64,000 bases of DNA from an uncultured Nitrospira sp. (GCA_964485915.1 CAZAKX010000001.1:1214-65213), one strand, 5' to 3'. Shown: positions 18,763 through 29,907, counted from the stretch's first letter. The notes: generated by a model not told the origin, from the letters alone. Made by a program: numbers and translations.

Positions 18763-19818
18763 ATGAAACTGATGCAGAAACGCTCAAAGAAGAAGGGTCT
18801 ATCCCCTGGCACGCTTATCCACATCGGTGAGAAGCGAACAGAGGCTGTCACGGTTACCCTGTTCAACTACTCCAGCACCCACTGTGATGAACAGCCCATC
18901 TGCGATGTGAACGAGCTTCGTCCGCCGTCCGACGAAACGGTGAGCTGGGTGGATGTCGATGGAGTGCATAAGACCGATGTATTGGAAGCGTTCGGAAAGC
19001 ACTTCGGTCTCCACCCTTTACTGCTGGAAGACATTGCCAATACTGATCAACGGCCCAAGCTCGACGATTACGACACCTATTTATTTCTCGTCATGAAGGT
19101 GCTTACGGCTTCGAACCAAGGGGACATCCTGGTCGAACAGATCAGTTTCGTCCTGGGGCGAAATTATGTCCTCTCGTTTCAGGAGAACGGAACCGACGTC
19201 TTCCAGTCCGTCCGGGATCGACTTCGAGTTGGGAAAGGACGTCTTCGACAAAACGGATCAGACTATCTCGTGTATGCCCTCATTGATGCCGTCGTGGATC
19301 AATATTTCGAGGTGCTTGAAATGCTCGGCGAGCGCATTGAAGCGATGCAAGAGCGCCTGATGGCCGATCCCAGGCCGGAGACGCTCAAGGACATTCACGC
19401 TCTGAAACGCCAGCTCCTGTTCGTGCGTCGAGCTGTGTGGCCCTTGCGAGAGGCGATCAACAACCTATCACGGTCGGAATGCCCCTTTTTACATGAGCCG
19501 ACCAAGGTCTTCTTCCGGGACGTCTATGATCATGTGGTGCAGATCGTGGACACCATCGAGACGTTGAGGGAAATGGTCTCGGCGAGTCTCGACATTTATC
19601 TCTCCAGCGTGAGCTATCGGCTGAACTCCGTCATGCGAGTGCTGACAGTGATCACCACGATTTTCATGCCACTGAGTTTTATTGCCGGTATTTATGGGAT
19701 GAATTTCGACTATATGCCTGAGCTGAAATGGCCATGGGGGTACCCCATGGCCGTCGGGGTCATGGGACTCGTGGCGGCTACCATGCTCCTGGGATTTCGC
19801 TGGAAAAAATGGCTGTAG
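18763..19818 (+). CDS. corA: Magnesium/cobalt transporter
   Basis: HPL..EDI.N..QRPK and YGMNF..MPEL motifs; two C-terminal TM helices. Confidence 0.95.
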   Translation: MKLMQKRSKKKGLSPGTLIHIGEKRTEAVTVTLFNYSSTHCDEQPICDVNELRPPSDETVSWVDVDGVHKTDVLEAFGKHFGLHPLLLEDIANTDQRPKLDDYDTYLFLVMKVLTASNQGDILVEQISFVLGRNYVLSFQENGTDVFQSVRDRLRVGKGRLRQNGSDYLVYALIDAVVDQYFEVLEMLGERIEAMQERLMADPRPETLKDIHALKRQLLFVRRAVWPLREAINNLSRSECPFLHEPTKVFFRDVYDHVVQIVDTIETLREMVSASLDIYLSSVSYRLNSVMRVLTVITTIFMPLSFIAGIYGMNFDYMPELKWPWGYPMAVGVMGLVAATMLLGFRWKKWL

Positions 19819-19834
19819 GCGAGTATTCAGAACC

Positions 19835-20221
19835 CTATTCTTGAATCTCTGCCTTATCCACGAAATAAACGGTATCGCCGAAGCAGTTGGACGGAATATA
19901 TCGGTACTCCTTGTAATGCAAGATGACGCGCTTCCTCAACATTCCTGACAGTTGAGTCGCGACGGCATCGTCCGAGATCGTAAACGACCAAATGACCGGG
20001 GCGGTGCCTGGTACGGTCGTCATCGCCAGTTCCCCTTCGTGCGTCTTGCAGAGCCAGCCTTTCCTAGAAAACTTCTGAATGTAGCCGGCTCGATTTCCAT
20101 CGGAATAGGTCCAATTGAATACGATCGTCAAATAGGCGGCGCCCACGAAAAAGAGGAGGGTCAAAAATAATCTAGGACGCCACAGCCACTGCACCGGAAA
20201 CAGAAGGGAAGACCAGTTCAC
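19835..20221 (-). CDS. Conserved hypothetical membrane-anchored protein
   Basis: TM helix followed by YSDG.RAG..QKFS.KGW.CKT.EGEL. Confidence 0.7.
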   Translation of the reverse strand: MNWSSLLFPVQWLWRPRLFLTLLFFVGAAYLTIVFNWTYSDGNRAGYIQKFSRKGWLCKTHEGELAMTTVPGTAPVIWSFTISDDAVATQLSGMLRKRVILHYKEYRYIPSNCFGDTVYFVDKAEIQE

Positions 20222-20235
20222 GGGCGTCTTCTCGG

Positions 20236-20859
20236 CTAGGGATGTAGATCAGCGAAGAGCCAAGGAGCTTCGTCTTTTCGGCGAGTTTCATAGGCCGTGA
20301 TCGCGCTCTCATGTTGGAGAGTGAGGCCGATTGCATCAAGCCCTCGATACAGACAATCTTTACGAAATGGATCAATCTCGAATCGATAGGTGACTTCCTG
20401 AGGAGTGGTCACTGTCTGACGCTCCAGGTCCACGGTGAGCTGATATCCCGCTGTGTTGATCACCTCATTCAGGAGTGAGAGGACTTCCTCTGCTTTCAAT
20501 ACCACTGGGAGGACTCCGTTCTGAAAGCAATTGTTATAGAAAATATCAGCGAAACTTGGGGCAATGAGACAGCGGAATCCCTGATCCAATAAGGCCCACG
20601 GTGCATGTTCACGGGATGAGCCACAGCCGAAGTTGTCGCGAGTCAAGAGGATGGTTGCTCCCTGATACCGAGGCTGGTTCAAGAAGAACGATGGATCGGG
20701 AGAGCCATCCGACAGTTTCCGCCAATCGAAAAAGAGGCCCTCGCGCAGGCCTGTGCGCTTGATGGTCTTCAGAAACTGCTTAGGAATCACTTGGTCGGTG
20801 TCGACGTTGACACGATCCAATGGAGCGACAAGACCGGTCAGTATCGTGAAAGGTTTCAT
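20236..20859 (-). CDS. leuD: 3-isopropylmalate dehydratase small subunit
   Basis: NVDTDQ.IPK and [13 protein letters not shown] motifs. Confidence 0.97.
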   Translation of the reverse strand: MKPFTILTGLVAPLDRVNVDTDQVIPKQFLKTIKRTGLREGLFFDWRKLSDGSPDPSFFLNQPRYQGATILLTRDNFGCGSSREHAPWALLDQGFRCLIAPSFADIFYNNCFQNGVLPVVLKAEEVLSLLNEVINTAGYQLTVDLERQTVTTPQEVTYRFEIDPFRKDCLYRGLDAIGLTLQHESAITAYETRRKDEAPWLFADLHP

Positions 20860-20913
20860 TTTGTGTATCCCCTTGTCTCGATAAGCGAATGTGCCGTGTA
20901 GGATCTTGAAGGA

Positions 20914-22317
20914 TCAAGACCAGTGTCTGATATCGACAAAGTGGCCCTCAATCGCCGCAGCGACCGCCATGGCTGGTGACACCAAATGAGTTCGGCCCCC
21001 TGCGCCCTGTCGGCCTTCGAAATTGCGATTGCTTGTTGAGGCACAGCGCTCGCCAGGCTTCAACACATCGGCATTCATCGCCAGACACATGCTGCATCCT
21101 GCCTCCCGCCACTCAAACCCCGCTTCACGAAATACGTGATCGAGCCCTTCTGCCTCCGCCTGTTGCTTGATGAGCCCGGAGCCTGGTACCACCATGGCGT
21201 GCACGGTCTTGGCGACTTTCTTGCCCTTCGCGAAGCTCGCAGCAAGGCGAAGATCTTCAATTCGAGAATTGGTGCAGGAGCCGATGAACACTTTATCAAT
21301 CTTGATATCGGTGATCGGCATATTGGGGGATAGTCCCATATAAGATAAAGCCCGTTCGGTGGCGTCTCTCGATTTCTCGTCAACCATCGTCCGTGGATCT
21401 GGCACATGTTCATCTACACCACTCACCATGCCCGGACTTGTTCCCCAACTGACCTGCGGAGCGATGTGTTCGGCCTGTAGGGTGACCGTTGCATCATACT
21501 TGGCATCAAGATCAGTCTTGAGGTCTTGCCATGCCTGGACGGCCTGCTCAAATTGATCTCCCTTTGGAGCAAGTGGACGTCCTTTGATATAAGCAATCGT
21601 CTTGTCATCGGGCGCGACCATGCCCGCACGAGCTCCGCCCTCGATCGACATGTTGCAGAGGGTCATGCGGCCTTCCATGCTTAGCGAGCGAATCGCAGCC
21701 CCGGTATACTCAATCACATAGCCGGTCCCACCTGCCGTACCGATCTTTCCGATGATCGCCAGAATAATATCTTTGGCTGAACAACGGTCTGAAAGCACCC
21801 CATAGACACGGATTTCCATTGTCTTGGGTCGCTTTTGCACCAAACATTGAGTGGCCAGTACATGTTCCACTTCACTGGTCCCGATTCCGAATGCCAAGGC
21901 GCCAAACGCTCCGTGAGTGGATGTGTGCGAATCACCGCAGACGATCGTGGTACCGGGGAGGGTAAACCCCTGTTCAGGACCGATGACATGAACGATGCCC
22001 TGGCGGATGTCACTCATGTTGAACAAAGGAATCCCAAAATGGTTGCAGTTATCTTCAAGCGTTTGAATCTGAAGAGCGCTGACTTGATCCATAATTCCTA
22101 GACGGCGGTCTGTGGTTGGAACATTGTGATCCGGCACAGCGAGTGTGGCCGTCGGGCGTCGCGGGTGCCGTCCGGCGAGCCGTAATCCTTCAAATGCTTG
22201 CGGGGAAGTCACTTCATGCACTAACTGGCGATCGATATAGAGCAACGTCGTCCCATCGGATTCAGCACGCACGACGTGCGAGTCCCAAATTTTATCGAAT
22301 AATGTTTTGGCGGCCAT
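20914..22317 (-). CDS. leuC: 3-isopropylmalate dehydratase large subunit
   Basis: [24 protein letters not shown] and [12 protein letters not shown] motifs. Confidence 0.98.
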   Translation of the reverse strand: MAAKTLFDKIWDSHVVRAESDGTTLLYIDRQLVHEVTSPQAFEGLRLAGRHPRRPTATLAVPDHNVPTTDRRLGIMDQVSALQIQTLEDNCNHFGIPLFNMSDIRQGIVHVIGPEQGFTLPGTTIVCGDSHTSTHGAFGALAFGIGTSEVEHVLATQCLVQKRPKTMEIRVYGVLSDRCSAKDIILAIIGKIGTAGGTGYVIEYTGAAIRSLSMEGRMTLCNMSIEGGARAGMVAPDDKTIAYIKGRPLAPKGDQFEQAVQAWQDLKTDLDAKYDATVTLQAEHIAPQVSWGTSPGMVSGVDEHVPDPRTMVDEKSRDATERALSYMGLSPNMPITDIKIDKVFIGSCTNSRIEDLRLAASFAKGKKVAKTVHAMVVPGSGLIKQQAEAEGLDHVFREAGFEWREAGCSMCLAMNADVLKPGERCASTSNRNFEGRQGAGGRTHLVSPAMAVAAAIEGHFVDIRHWS

Positions 22318-22434
22318 CACAACTCCTGCGGGTTTTGGTAAGAAGGAATGTACATTATACAGAGAAGGACCATGCGGTTGACAAGGCGTCTGTGAGCCTT
22401 GTCCCGTCTTGCAAGACGTGCTACCACAACGCGT

Positions 22435-22905
22435 ATGAGTCCCTCACAGTGGAACCAACCCCATATCATACAGTGGAGTCAGCGACTACTGGACAGCTAT
22501 TGTCATTGGACAGGACGAGAACTGATCGAACGAACAAGTGATACGGCTCAGCGCGCGCGGGTGCTGTTTGAAGCCTCTTTTGTCGTCGTCTCACATGGGG
22601 TAGAGCCCGATCCGATCTTGAATTACGGGAACCAAACGGCATTAGATCTGTGGGAGCTCTCCTGGGATCAATTCATCAAGACGCCGTCGCGACTCACAGC
22701 TGAGCCAGATGATCGTGCTGAACGAGGACGTATGTTGGCGCAGGCAAATGCTAAAGGGTACTTCGATGGATATCGTGGGGTCAGAATTTCTTCGACGGGC
22801 AGGCGTTTTCTGGTAGAGCAGGCATTGATCTGGACCGTTATCGATCCGGCTGGAAGATCGATCGGTCAGGCAGCGACTTTCTCGAATTGGTCGATGTTAA
22901 GGTGA
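22435..22905 (+). CDS. MEKHLA domain protein
   Basis: SH....DP..NY.N..AL.LWE..W, PSR.TAE and Y.GVRISS.G.RF motifs. Confidence 0.85.
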   Translation: MSPSQWNQPHIIQWSQRLLDSYCHWTGRELIERTSDTAQRARVLFEASFVVVSHGVEPDPILNYGNQTALDLWELSWDQFIKTPSRLTAEPDDRAERGRMLAQANAKGYFDGYRGVRISSTGRRFLVEQALIWTVIDPAGRSIGQAATFSNWSMLR

Positions 22906-22906
22906 G

Positions 22907-23608
22907 CTAAAACGGGAAATACACTTCAACTCCTCCATACCCGCCACTATGGAAAGAGGTGCTATTCTGATACCCACCCTTGACTAGAAAGAACACCTTA
23001 CTGATCGGCACCTCCAAGATTGGTCCGGTCTGTACCGCACGAAATTCTCCATTGCCCATTCCGGCAATATCCCACCCTGCATAGAGGGGACAGCAACCTT
23101 TCTCGGACTTGTAGGCCAGTAGTTTCCCGCGTAACCGGCCCCAGAAGAAATTGTCCAGGTCGGCATAGGATCCAATCGCATGGAGGCTGCCTTTCTCATG
23201 CCAGTACAGCGCTTCAAGTTGTCCGAAGATTCCGACCTGATGATCGACCCTTGAACTTGTGTTGAACCGGTCTTCCTCGATTCGGCGCAGTTGCGGACCC
23301 GCAAGTGCCATGAACGTCCACCTGCCGAGTGTCTGTGAAATCCCGAGGGACGGAACGACAAACTGGACGTTGGCATCCAGCAGTTGCCCATTGCTTTTGA
23401 AGCTATACCCAAGACCAGCGGTCATCGCCTGAGCAAAAATGGTTGTTTCACCTGACATTAGCAAGATCGGTGTCCGCACGCCCAAATAACCAAAATATTG
23501 ACTCTTATTGTCGATCTGAAATCCGGTGAACACATCGCCCGCCTGTGCACGAGCTGGTAAGAGCATCAGGATAAGTGTTGCCAGTAGGAATGACCTATAT
23601 CGCGTCAT
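22907..23608 (-). CDS. Outer-membrane beta-barrel, BcsS-like
   Basis: Signal peptide, alternating beta-strands, C-terminal Phe; downstream of bcsA. Confidence 0.6.
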   Translation of the reverse strand: MTRYRSFLLATLILMLLPARAQAGDVFTGFQIDNKSQYFGYLGVRTPILLMSGETTIFAQAMTAGLGYSFKSNGQLLDANVQFVVPSLGISQTLGRWTFMALAGPQLRRIEEDRFNTSSRVDHQVGIFGQLEALYWHEKGSLHAIGSYADLDNFFWGRLRGKLLAYKSEKGCCPLYAGWDIAGMGNGEFRAVQTGPILEVPISKVFFLVKGGYQNSTSFHSGGYGGVEVYFPF

Positions 23609-23956
23609 CGGTTTTCCCCTTCTACACGGACTCAACACAAAGCCGAACAACAGGGTAGCGGCACAATGAACGATGCCAGACCCTAATAGGCATGGCGGTA
23701 AGCTTGTCGTGCTTGATATAGAATAGTGCACACCGCAGATTATCAGGAGAAAAATCAGAAAATACGACGGCACATCCGTTCGAGGACAAGTCTAGAGTGG
23801 CTCCCTTCTCGGGTCCTATCATTGGCGAGAATCCTGGACGCTGTATGTGAGCTTTCTTGACAGACGATCCATCGGACCGAGTCGGGGTAGTGGTCGGTGA
23901 TTCAAGTCGATCAAAACGTATCGCAGGATGGAGGGCAATTCGGGCTACGATATGAC

Positions 23957-26242
23957 TTAGGACTGTCTCCAGTGCTTCTGGTGTAATTCTCTCCAGTGCT
24001 GTTCGCCTCGTTCGATGCTCTCGACTCTGAAACGAATACAGCTCGTGCGGAGGCGGTGCATCATCGATACAGGACTGACCTTAAGGGTGATGCGAGGCAG
24101 TTCCAATAGACCTCCGACTAACGATCCCTTCGGAACCGAAGGGAAGAGGACGCTCACACCGGTGAAGGACATGTCTTCCAACTTGCCGGGCAGCAAGGAC
24201 GTCGAGGTATTTAACCGACAAGAGGTTTCATGAGGAACTCGTAGCATCCGGCGTCGTTCCCAGTTGAAGGACCTCCACGGAGCGGTAAGGGCATACAGGA
24301 GTGATCGTAGACTACTCGCTATACCGGGTTTGAATTGATACGTCTCTTCCCATGAGGCAGGATCACCAAAAATCTTATCAACCAGCACCTCTCTCGTTGC
24401 CTCATCAAGTCCTTGGAACTGAACTCCGGCTCCGACGCCACCGGATGGTAGCCGTTCCTGTCTAATGATTCGACCAGGCAATCGTACGATCGTGCCCTGG
24501 GGGGAGGTCAAAAGGAGGGTCACGGTGTCCCGCGCAGTAAATACGGGGTGTTCGAGTGACAATGCGACGCCGTGTTCATTAATGTTGAGAATGCGCGCGG
24601 CGACGGAATAGTCATCGAGAAACAACTCGCTCACAAAATCTCGATTCAGTCGAAATGCCTGTCGGCCTTGCGTCTGTTCACTGGCAACGAACATTGCGAT
24701 TGTCAACAGCAAGAGATTGACGGATCCCCAAAAAAGGCTGACTGGGAGACCTGGATCTCCAGTGCCGTGGAGAAAGTTCTGAATCCCCACTGTCAAACCT
24801 ACGACCAACAATCCGAACGTCAATAAGTGCGGCCAGGTCAAAGTCAATTCAGCGGACGTGTTTCTTCCAATCCGTTGCCCTTTCGGTGTCACCTCGAAGA
24901 CGCGCTCTTTCCGGGGCGCCACAAGGGACTTCAGCGCGACCCAGGTGAGCGCGAAGCACATGGCGATTTCATAGATGTCTGACCAGAATGGGTTGCGCGA
25001 GCCTCGGCTTACCGGACGCATGACTAGTGCTGACGCGATGTAGAAAGAAAAGAAATGAAGGCCAAGCAGTACGACATCGGCATGAATTGGTGGTGTCTGG
25101 AATAAGAGACTAGAAAGCGGAGCGACCAGACAAATAAGGCGAGGAAGACCGAAAAAGAAGTAGAAGATCGACCCGAAATAATCCACTCGCTGTGACAAGG
25201 TCAGACCACGTTTGGTAAGGGGGTTGTCACGGAGGAGGACCTGAATGCAACCCATGGCCCACCGCTTTCGCTGCTTGAGATAACCCTCAAACGTCTCCGG
25301 CATCAGACCGGCCGACAGCACGCGATTGAGATAGCAGGATGTATACCCCTTCGCATGCAGGTTCATGCTCGTGTGGATATCTTCGGTGATAGTCTGAGTT
25401 TGGAAGCCACCGATCTCCTCAAGGGGTTGCCGTCGGAAGAGACCACCGCTGCCGGCGAAGAAGGCACTGTTATGCGCGTCCCGCCCGGCTTGTAAGGAGC
25501 GGAAGAACAATGCCTGCTCGTTTTTGACGAGATCACCTACGCGCAGATTGCGTTGAAAAACGTCGGGATTGTAGAAGTGATGGGGAGTCTGAACGATGGC
25601 TACTTTTTCGTCATCAAAGAATCCCACGGTCTCCTTCAAAAACGTACGAGCAGGGATATGGTCAACATCGAACACGGCGATGAGGTCGCCGTCGGTCAAG
25701 CGAAGAGCATGGTTGAGGTTTCCCGCCTTGGCATGGCGGGGATGATCTGGGCGTCTGATATAGCCGCATCCCAGTGCGGAGGCCATCTTTTTGGCTTCGA
25801 GGCGACGGCCATCATCGAGAACGTACACATTAAATCGATCTCTGGGATATTCCAGTGATAGACAGCCCATCAACGTTTGCCGCAAGAGTGACAGCGGTTC
25901 ATCCACGACTGTGACCATGATGTCGACAGTCGGGTAATTCGTGATCGGTGCCGGTTGACGGTCGGTCGGTGACCAGGATTGATAGGTAAAGAAGCAAAAT
26001 TGACAGAGTCCGTATAGCTCGGCGAGATAGACGATCCATCCGACGATTAGGCTGCTCACGTCGTCGGTGGGTATTGTGTAGAGTGCTCGCCAGACCATGT
26101 AGCGGATATATAAGAGGAGACTTAAGCTCAGGACCCACCGACGTCCTTGGTCTTTCTTGAGGAGCAGCCCTATGGCCAGGAGCGCCAGAGCAGAAATTCC
26201 TGCTGCGATAGGAGTGTCGAAAAAGTTGTCTATCAGCGTCAT
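23957..26242 (-). CDS. bcsA: Cellulose synthase catalytic subunit-like GT2 with tandem PilZ domains
   Basis: DDG, HAKAGNLN, DxD (DVD), QTPH.F, TED and QRKRW motifs; multiple TMs; two RxxxR plus D/NxSxxG-like PilZ motifs. Confidence 0.85.
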   Translation of the reverse strand: MTLIDNFFDTPIAAGISALALLAIGLLLKKDQGRRWVLSLSLLLYIRYMVWRALYTIPTDDVSSLIVGWIVYLAELYGLCQFCFFTYQSWSPTDRQPAPITNYPTVDIMVTVVDEPLSLLRQTLMGCLSLEYPRDRFNVYVLDDGRRLEAKKMASALGCGYIRRPDHPRHAKAGNLNHALRLTDGDLIAVFDVDHIPARTFLKETVGFFDDEKVAIVQTPHHFYNPDVFQRNLRVGDLVKNEQALFFRSLQAGRDAHNSAFFAGSGGLFRRQPLEEIGGFQTQTITEDIHTSMNLHAKGYTSCYLNRVLSAGLMPETFEGYLKQRKRWAMGCIQVLLRDNPLTKRGLTLSQRVDYFGSIFYFFFGLPRLICLVAPLSSLLFQTPPIHADVVLLGLHFFSFYIASALVMRPVSRGSRNPFWSDIYEIAMCFALTWVALKSLVAPRKERVFEVTPKGQRIGRNTSAELTLTWPHLLTFGLLVVGLTVGIQNFLHGTGDPGLPVSLFWGSVNLLLLTIAMFVASEQTQGRQAFRLNRDFVSELFLDDYSVAARILNINEHGVALSLEHPVFTARDTVTLLLTSPQGTIVRLPGRIIRQERLPSGGVGAGVQFQGLDEATREVLVDKIFGDPASWEETYQFKPGIASSLRSLLYALTAPWRSFNWERRRMLRVPHETSCRLNTSTSLLPGKLEDMSFTGVSVLFPSVPKGSLVGGLLELPRITLKVSPVSMMHRLRTSCIRFRVESIERGEQHWRELHQKHWRQS

Positions 26243-26431
26243 GTTGAATGTGGTCCTGAGGAAAACTTCCTAACCATCCCCTTGATGGGTACCACCCTAT
26301 TACGGGATCGCTGGCCGGCCTAGCCCTACGAATGTGGAGCAGCCTTTCGAGGGAGGCAGATCAACATATTGATCAAATTGAGAGTTCGTTTCTCTAGGCA
26401 GAATGAGGCGGTTAGCTTAAGAAGGGGGAAC

Positions 26432-27046
26432 TCAAGTCCAAAGCTCAAGTGGACCATGGTTGGCGATGCCTTGGAGCAGGTCTTGTGTCGAAAGGATGCC
26501 GACTAGACGGCGGGCATTGTCCAAAATAGGAACGGCATGAATTTGTTCATCGAGCATGACACGCGCAACTTCTCGAATCTCAGTCATGGGAGTTGAAGAG
26601 ATCACTCTAGAGGTCATGATCTCGGCTAATCGCCTTGCAGAAGCTTGGCTACTATCACCAGCAGTGACCAGCTCAGGTACGTGCCCTAGCAGATCACGAT
26701 GAGATACCATTCCCACCAGAGTGCCATGCAAGGAAGTGATGGGGATATGATGGAAACCCTTTTGTGACATCAGCATCCAGGCGTCGAGCAACGTACCGTC
26801 TGAGGGAAGAGAAAGGACCGGGGCTTTCATTAAATCCCGCGCAAGCACCGCTGGTCTTGGATGCGGTTGCTGGGCACTTTGTTGTTGATAAGCGGTCTGC
26901 GCATTCAAGGCCGAATGATCCAATGAAGGAGAGTGTTGGCCGCGACGTTCACTCTCCGCAACGGGCTCAACCAGACTAGGCCGTGAGGCCGATGGTCTTG
27001 CGGGATAGGTCTCGGTGATTCCATTGACTGCGAGGAAAATAGGCAT
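26432..27046 (-). CDS. CBS domain protein
   Basis: Two CBS repeats (ARDLM..PV; LVGMVS.RDL; LVGILST.DL). Confidence 0.85.
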   Translation of the reverse strand: MPIFLAVNGITETYPARPSASRPSLVEPVAESERRGQHSPSLDHSALNAQTAYQQQSAQQPHPRPAVLARDLMKAPVLSLPSDGTLLDAWMLMSQKGFHHIPITSLHGTLVGMVSHRDLLGHVPELVTAGDSSQASARRLAEIMTSRVISSTPMTEIREVARVMLDEQIHAVPILDNARRLVGILSTQDLLQGIANHGPLELWT

Positions 27047-27485
27047 CTGGCAATCCCTCACCGACCGTATCGGAACTTTTGGGAAATACTTAAGCGCGCT
27101 CTGCAGGAAATGATCGGCTTGAAAACAATGGTAGAAGAGGTGAGGGGCTGCACTGCAAGAATATGAGCCAGTGCATCTCATGCCAGACACTGACATCTCA
27201 GATGCATTATGTGCTCGTGTTGAAAGGTGGCGAGTAGCCGAAATACGGCCTGGATCAGGATGAGGCAACTCCTCAAGCCCAAGCAGTTCCTAATTGGTTG
27301 CTTCCGTTTTAACCCCTGTGATATAAGAACTGCCGCATCATATGTCGGACCGTGTTGAAGGGTTAGGTCTTATACATACAGACCAAAGGTAAACATTACA
27401 AGAAAGCCTGCACGTCCTCCAAAGTTCGGCGACACATAAATTCAAGCCTCTATTCATCTCTTCTATTCTTGCAAGGGGGGTAGTC

Positions 27486-27962
27486 ATGGGCAAGTCAATG
27501 TTAGCAATGATCCTCGGCCTTGGAGTGCTGTTGGCTGGGGCTTCAGGTTCGTATGCGCTCCAAGCAGGTGGTGTTGAAATCGGCGATCTAGAATCCGGAT
27601 CGGTCGTCGGACAGCCGTTTAAGGAACTAACCGTCGATGTCTCGTTCTTTGCTATAGAAATCGGCAATATGAAGGTTTGGTATCCTCCGATGACCGTCAT
27701 CGATTTTAAGTCGCGCCCAGGTTCGCCTGTTCTCTTAAAGGTAACGAATAATGCAACGGCCGAACATGGATTTCACCTTAGCTCAGCCGTGAATCAATCA
27801 GCGCCAACGGTTCTGGATACCAAGCTTGTGCTGAAGCCAGGGGAGACGCGATATATCGGTGTTCCAACCAGTGATTTGTTTTATGCATCGGGGAATGTTC
27901 TTGAGTACCGCTGTCACTTGCATGCAGGCCATGTCGGCGGCAAGTTGCTCATGCTGAAGTAA
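27486..27962 (+). CDS. Exported cupredoxin (nitrosocyanin-like)
   Basis: Signal peptide, KVTN....EHGF, LKPGET and YRCHLHAGH.GG.L motifs. Confidence 0.75.
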   Translation: MGKSMLAMILGLGVLLAGASGSYALQAGGVEIGDLESGSVVGQPFKELTVDVSFFAIEIGNMKVWYPPMTVIDFKSRPGSPVLLKVTNNATAEHGFHLSSAVNQSAPTVLDTKLVLKPGETRYIGVPTSDLFYASGNVLEYRCHLHAGHVGGKLLMLK

Positions 27963-27987
27963 TATATCTCAGTTAAAATAGTCATAG

Positions 27988-28027
27988 AAAAGGCCTCGGT
28001 GAGACTCACCGAGGCCTTTTGTTTTTT
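27988..28027 (+). terminator. Intrinsic terminator (possibly bidirectional)
   Basis: Perfect hairpin AAAAGGCCTCGGTGAG-A-CTCACCGAGGCCTTTT followed by a T-run. Confidence 0.9.
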
Positions 28028-28048
28028 CAGATCAGTGCATCAGATGAA

Positions 28049-28082
28049 GAAGGCCCCAATTTCTATAGAAACTGGGGCCTTC
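28049..28082 (-). terminator. Hairpin downstream of the ferredoxin gene
   Basis: GAAGGCCCCA...TGGGGCCTTC inverted repeat. Confidence 0.7.
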
Positions 28083-28104
28083 ACGATACCAATTCAGAAA
28101 TGAG

Positions 28105-28452
28105 TTAGTTTCTTACACCACTCCACACTTTGGCAGAATCAATCTCCTTATCAGGATTCAAAGTCTTTGCTTTTTCAAGAAGTGCGTCTGTTGTTTCAGG
28201 ATAAGCGGGGTCTGAGATACAGCAATTATCGACAGGGCACACGGCTGCACACTGAGGTTCATCAAAGTGACCAACACACTCGGTACAGCGATCATGGGCA
28301 ATGACATAAATATTGTCGCCGACACCCTGTCCATCACCAACGTGATTGCCTTTGGTCTCGGCATCGCTTCTGGTCTCAAAAATCGCTTCATTAGGACATT
28401 CCGGCAGGCATGCTCCGCAAGAGATACATTCATCCGTAATCAATAAAGCCAT
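28105..28452 (-). CDS. YfhL-family 2[4Fe-4S] ferredoxin
   Basis: CISCGACLPECPN and CTECVGH...QCAAVCP motifs. Confidence 0.93.
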   Translation of the reverse strand: MALLITDECISCGACLPECPNEAIFETRSDAETKGNHVGDGQGVGDNIYVIAHDRCTECVGHFDEPQCAAVCPVDNCCISDPAYPETTDALLEKAKTLNPDKEIDSAKVWSGVRN

Positions 28453-28671
28453 GACCTAAGCCTCCTTCTCACTCCCGAAGACTAAACAATATTGACAAGT
28501 TCACGCCGCTCCCACCATAGTGCGCACGTCATGGTACAGAGAAATTAGAAGTGATATTTTATTCTGCGATTCTTTTCTAAGTCAACAGAACGCCATGCGG
28601 TTAGAAGGCCTAGCGTGGTCACAAGTATGGGCCATTGGGCCCAACAGTAAAAGGAATGTGGCTGTCGCCAT

Positions 28672-29172
28672 ATGCCAACTAGTCAGATAGAACCTGGCAG
28701 CCGGGAACAGCGAAACAAGCGGATCATTATGATGGTCCTGCTTGCACTTCTTCTGATGAGCGCATCGGTCTTTCTGGGCGAGCGCAAGGAATCAAGCATC
28801 ATTGTCGTGACGTTCCCCAGTGGAATGCAGCTCGAAGCTGAAGTGGCGGATACTCCTGAAAAATTGCTCTTTGGGCTGGCCTTCCGCGATACACTGCCTT
28901 CAAACGGCGGAATGCTTTACATTTTTGAGCAGAACGGGTTGCACCGCCTCACGACGAGAGAGTATCGATTTCCGGTCGATATGCTTTGGATAGACGAGAG
29001 TCATCATGTCGTCCATATGCTGGAGTACGCGGAACCGTGTAGCAAAGACCCCTGCCCAATCTTCGGGCCGCCGCCTGAACCAGCTCGTTACGTCATACAG
29101 GCTGAATCGGGATTCATTCAGAAGGCAAAAGTTGCAAAAGAGGATGAACTCAAATACACCCTCCGCATGTAG
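28672..29172 (+). CDS. DUF192 family protein
   Basis: EVADTP....GL.FR..L....GML.IF signature; N-terminal TM. Confidence 0.85.
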   Translation: MPTSQIEPGSREQRNKRIIMMVLLALLLMSASVFLGERKESSIIVVTFPSGMQLEAEVADTPEKLLFGLAFRDTLPSNGGMLYIFEQNGLHRLTTREYRFPVDMLWIDESHHVVHMLEYAEPCSKDPCPIFGPPPEPARYVIQAESGFIQKAKVAKEDELKYTLRM

Positions 29173-29205
29173 ATGCTGCGGAACGTGAAGAAGGATACCA
29201 GCACG

Positions 29206-29523
29206 ATGAGTGGCTTCCAGAAAGTTGCGCAGATCGAAGAAGTGCCGCCGGGCACATCGAAGATCGTGACGGTCAATGACCGACCGATCGCCTTGTTCAA
29301 TATTGACGGCACTTTTTATGCCATCCATAACAGTTGTCCGCATGAGGGAGGACCGCTTATTGAGGGGAGACTCAAAGGATATGTCATCGCTTGCCCTTGG
29401 CATGATCTCGCCTTTGATATCCGAAACGGGCAAGGAACTGACGGCGGTGGATACTGTGTGGGTAGTTATGAGGTCAGGATTGAGGGATCCGAGGTCATGA
29501 TCGGTCCGCGTAGGAAAATATGA
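29206..29523 (+). CDS. Rieske [2Fe-2S] ferredoxin
   Basis: CPHEG...CPWH motifs. Confidence 0.92.
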   Translation: MSGFQKVAQIEEVPPGTSKIVTVNDRPIALFNIDGTFYAIHNSCPHEGGPLIEGRLKGYVIACPWHDLAFDIRNGQGTDGGGYCVGSYEVRIEGSEVMIGPRRKI

Positions 29524-29568
29524 GCAAAGAAATCACCGCGACGATGTTGTGCACGAACAGGAACAGAC

Positions 29569-29907
29569 ATGAGCCTGTCTAGCGCAGACCACAACCCAAC
29601 TCTGGATATCACGGATTGCCGCAAGGTCACAGTTGATGAGCCGTTCGTCATCCACCTGTGGGAGGACCGGACCAGAGGTGAGCAATGGGTGCCCGCGTAT
29701 GACACGAAAGGGCTTGCGCTCCTCAGCGATGAATTCCTCCGCATCGCGAGTAATAACGCAGTGGAGAATGGGCAACGCATCTTTGAGCTTAAGGCCGTCC
29801 AACCAGGTGTGTATCAGGTAGTTTTTGAAAAACGCATGGGGTGGAAATTTACCGCTGAGGAACGTCGAGTTTTTAGAATAGACGCCCAGCCTGTGACTGG
29901 GAAGTGA
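29569..29907 (+). CDS. Protease inhibitor I42 (chagasin-like) family protein
   Basis: F.I.L......G..W and G...F...A..PG......R..W pattern. Confidence 0.55.
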   Translation: MSLSSADHNPTLDITDCRKVTVDEPFVIHLWEDRTRGEQWVPAYDTKGLALLSDEFLRIASNNAVENGQRIFELKAVQPGVYQVVFEKRMGWKFTAEERRVFRIDAQPVTGK

